The notes beneath the pieces were generated by a model. It was given only the letters and a program-made list of their open reading frames with translations. It had not been told where the DNA came from and ran no database searches. Shown here piece after piece: positions 29,681 to 32,000 of a DNA stretch of 32,000 nucleotides. Position numbers and translations under genes: made by a program. Within the stretch, counting starts at the first letter, position 1. Every line of letters starts with the position of its first letter. The stretch covers positions 240,001 to 272,000 of the forward strand of contig NC_014909.2 of assembly GCF_000185985.2 (NCBI RefSeq), written 5' to 3'. This DNA comes from Candidatus Saccharimonadota bacterium (GTDB lineage: Bacteria; Pseudomonadota; Gammaproteobacteria; Enterobacterales; Enterobacteriaceae).

Positions 29681-29794
29681 ATGAAAATATATATCGAAAC
29701 ATACGATGTAAAATCAATTACAAATTTTATGTTTTATATTTTTTTATGTATAAAATTGCACGATGTAATTGTTGTTGATAATGAGTATGATTAA
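29681..29794 (+). pseudogene. tig: possible 5' relic of tig (trigger factor; 37-codon ORF MKIYIETYDVKSITNF...)
   Basis: The N-terminus MKIYIET resembles trigger-factor MQVSVET. It has the correct strand and position, between the bolA-like relic and clpP. The rest of the ~1.3-kb gene is absent. Confidence 0.3.
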
Positions 29795-30103
29795 ATGCTG
29801 ATTTTTTATATTTTTATTAAAAATAGCATGATGTAATGCATAGATATTAAATTAACATTTATACACTAAATAATAATATTTATACATAATTAGTTAATTA
29901 ATATATTCTTATTTTGTTATGTAATAATAGTAATATGTTATAGTTATATAATTAAATACAGTGCTGGTATGATTTTTTTTGATGTTTTTATAAATTTCTA
30001 TTTTTACTATATCATAATAATAAAATGATTCAAGATATCAGTAATTCTTTTTTTATATTTTATTTTAGTAGGATAAAAGATATATTAATTTATAGGAGAA
30101 TAT

Positions 30104-30751
30104 ATGAAGGAAATTAGGTGGATATATGGTGGCAATACTACTCTTCAAAATTTGAATTATAACATGGGGATAATTCCTATAGTTATTGAACAAACTGCTC
30201 GAGGAGAACGTGCATATGATATTTTTTCTTTATTATTAAAAGAACGAATTATTTTTATAACAGATACCATAGAGAATCATACCGCTAATTCTATTGTAGC
30301 TCAGATGATGTTTTTAGAATCAGAGAATCCTACGAAGGATATTCATTTATATATTAATTCTCCTGGAGGGTTAATTACTGCTGGAATGTCTATATATGAC
30401 ACTATTCAATTTATAAAACCTGATGTTAGCACTTATTGTATGGGGCAAGCTGCTTCAATGGGGGCTTTTTTGTTAGCTGCTGGAGCTAAAGGAAAAAGGT
30501 TTTGTTTACCAAATGCGCGTGTAATGATTCATCAACCATTAGGTTCTTTTCAAGGACAAGCTACTGACATTGCTATTCATACTAAAGAAATATTACAGGT
30601 TAAAAACAATATAAACAAATTAATAGCGAAACATACAGGGAAATCTATTGATATAGTTATCAAAGACATGGAAAGGGATTGTTTTTTATCTGCTGATGAG
30701 GCTATGGATTATGGATTAGTAGATTGTGTCTTGAGTAAACGAATTCCATAA
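30104..30751 (+). CDS. clpP: ATP-dependent Clp protease proteolytic subunit
   Basis: 215-aa ORF preceded by [63 protein letters not shown] and MIHQPLG carry the Ser-His-Asp triad context. Confidence 0.97.
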   Translation: MKEIRWIYGGNTTLQNLNYNMGIIPIVIEQTARGERAYDIFSLLLKERIIFITDTIENHTANSIVAQMMFLESENPTKDIHLYINSPGGLITAGMSIYDTIQFIKPDVSTYCMGQAASMGAFLLAAGAKGKRFCLPNARVMIHQPLGSFQGQATDIAIHTKEILQVKNNINKLIAKHTGKSIDIVIKDMERDCFLSADEAMDYGLVDCVLSKRIP

Positions 30752-30932
30752 AATATTTTATGTTCTTATTTATTGATTGGGATTGAGGTAAATATATATA
30801 AGTTCATTTAAATTAGTGTACTCAATTTTAGTATATTATTTATTGGTTAGTCTATAATTTTTTGAGAGAATAATAATTGTTGATTTATATAATTTATAGT
30901 TTTACAATTTTAATATAGGTAATTAAAAAATT

Positions 30933-32000
30933 ATGCATGATAATCATGATCATCATTCAAAAGAGGCATTATATTGTTCATTTTGTGGAAAAAATCAATT
31001 ACAAGTGTTGAGGTTAATTAGTGGAGTATCAGCGTCAATTTGTAATACATGTATTGATTTATGCAACAATATTATTAGTCGAGAATTACAGAGTAATTCA
31101 GTTGTGGTACATAATGAGAATATAGAAAAATTTTTTACTCCTCGTGATATAGGTAATTATTTAGATAGTTATATTATTGGTCAAGAATGTGCTAAAAAAA
31201 TATTATCAGTAGCAATATATAATCATTATAAACGATTAAAATATCAAAATCAGAAGTTTGATAAGAATGCTAATAAAATAAACGATAATTATGGTGGTGA
31301 TATAGAATTATTTAAAAGTAATATTTTGTTAGTCGGGCCTACAGGTAGTGGTAAAACTTTGTTAGCAGAAACATTAGCTAGATTTCTTGAGGTACCATTT
31401 GCTATATCTGATGCCACTACACTGACTGAAGCTGGGTATGTTGGTGAAGATGTAGAAAATGTAATTCAAAAATTATTACATAGATGTGATTACAATATAA
31501 ACAAAGCTCAGCGGGGTATTATTTATATTGATGAAATAGATAAAATTGCTAAAAAATCGGAAAATATTTCTATAACTAGAGATGTATCTGGAGAAGGAGT
31601 TCAACAAGCTTTATTGAAATTAATTGAGGGAACTATAGCTTCTATTCCTCCTAAGGGGGGTAGAAAACATCCCCAGCAAGAGTTTATTAAGCTAGATACT
31701 ACTAATATTTTATTTATTTGCGGGGGATCTTTTTTTGGTTTAAATAAAATTATTGAACAACGGATATCTGAAAAACGTACTATTGGATTTCACACGTTTC
31801 CAAGAATGAAAGTAAATAAAGATTTTGAGTATGCATTACTTGATAAAGTTGAACCTGAAGATTTAATCAAATTTGGATTAATACCAGAATTTATAGGGAG
31901 ATTCCCTATAATTTCCGTTTTGGATGAATTAAAAGAATATGAGTTAATTAAAATTTTAACAGATCCAAAAAATGCTTTAATAAAACAGTATAAAACTTTA
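30933..32000 (+). CDS. clpX: ATP-dependent Clp protease ATP-binding subunit ClpX, 5' part (runs off the window end)
   Basis: I translated it by hand from the ATG at 30933; it stays open for 356 codons to base 32000. It has the zinc-finger LYCSFCGK...ICNTCIDLC, Walker [16 protein letters not shown], Walker [10 protein letters not shown], and [18 protein letters not shown]. It is absent from the ORF track only because there is no stop codon in the window. Confidence 0.96.
   Translation, partial: MHDNHDHHSKEALYCSFCGKNQLQVLRLISGVSASICNTCIDLCNNIISRELQSNSVVVHNENIEKFFTPRDIGNYLDSYIIGQECAKKILSVAIYNHYKRLKYQNQKFDKNANKINDNYGGDIELFKSNILLVGPTGSGKTLLAETLARFLEVPFAISDATTLTEAGYVGEDVENVIQKLLHRCDYNINKAQRGIIYIDEIDKIAKKSENISITRDVSGEGVQQALLKLIEGTIASIPPKGGRKHPQQEFIKLDTTNILFICGGSFFGLNKIIEQRISEKRTIGFHTFPRMKVNKDFEYALLDKVEPEDLIKFGLIPEFIGRFPIISVLDELKEYELIKILTDPKNALIKQYKTL

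Overview
The window is visibly AT-rich (about three quarters A+T by eye, not computed) and gene-dense. Every gene is recognisably enterobacterial. It reads like the reduced genome of an obligate insect endosymbiont. Gene content and order (gmhA, cyoABCDE, yajR, thiI, ribD/ribH, secDF) best fit a Blochmannia-like lineage, but I cannot confirm that without a database search. I can support 30 protein genes (rpsD, partial, through clpX, partial), one 5S rRNA and one tRNA-Thr(CGU). Gene order fuses three E. coli map blocks. The first is rpsD-rpoA-rplQ / fmt-def / tsaC-aroE, the block that flanks rrnD. The second is gloB-rnhA-dnaQ-gmhA-thrW, which flanks rrnH. The third is queA-tgt-yajC-secDF-ribD-ribH-nusB-pgpA-dxs-thiI-yajR-cyoEDCBA-clpPX. 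ahpC is the only gene out of that order. I found no mobile element, CRISPR array, prophage, toxin-antitoxin pair, defence-type cluster or long unexplained ORF. I do not think this window hides a novel multi-gene system. What deserves a second look are genome-erosion and gene-expression oddities. (1) dxs is broken by a single frameshift exactly inside an 11-nt poly(A) tract, so it is a candidate for rescue by transcriptional slippage. (2) A lone, well-conserved 5S rRNA gene lies directly after aroE, with no 23S or 16S, at a synteny breakpoint between two ancestral rrn flanks. (3) An 86-bp perfect palindrome is built from the 3' coding end of gmhA. A similar 33-bp hairpin sits at the ahpC 3' end with the stop codon in its loop. 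The two bracket the tRNA. (4) Short colinear relics of queA, ispA, bolA and tig survive in the large spacers. (5) There are several lineage-specific insertions and truncations in otherwise conserved proteins. Relic calls rest on my recollection of E. coli protein sequences and need alignment-based confirmation.
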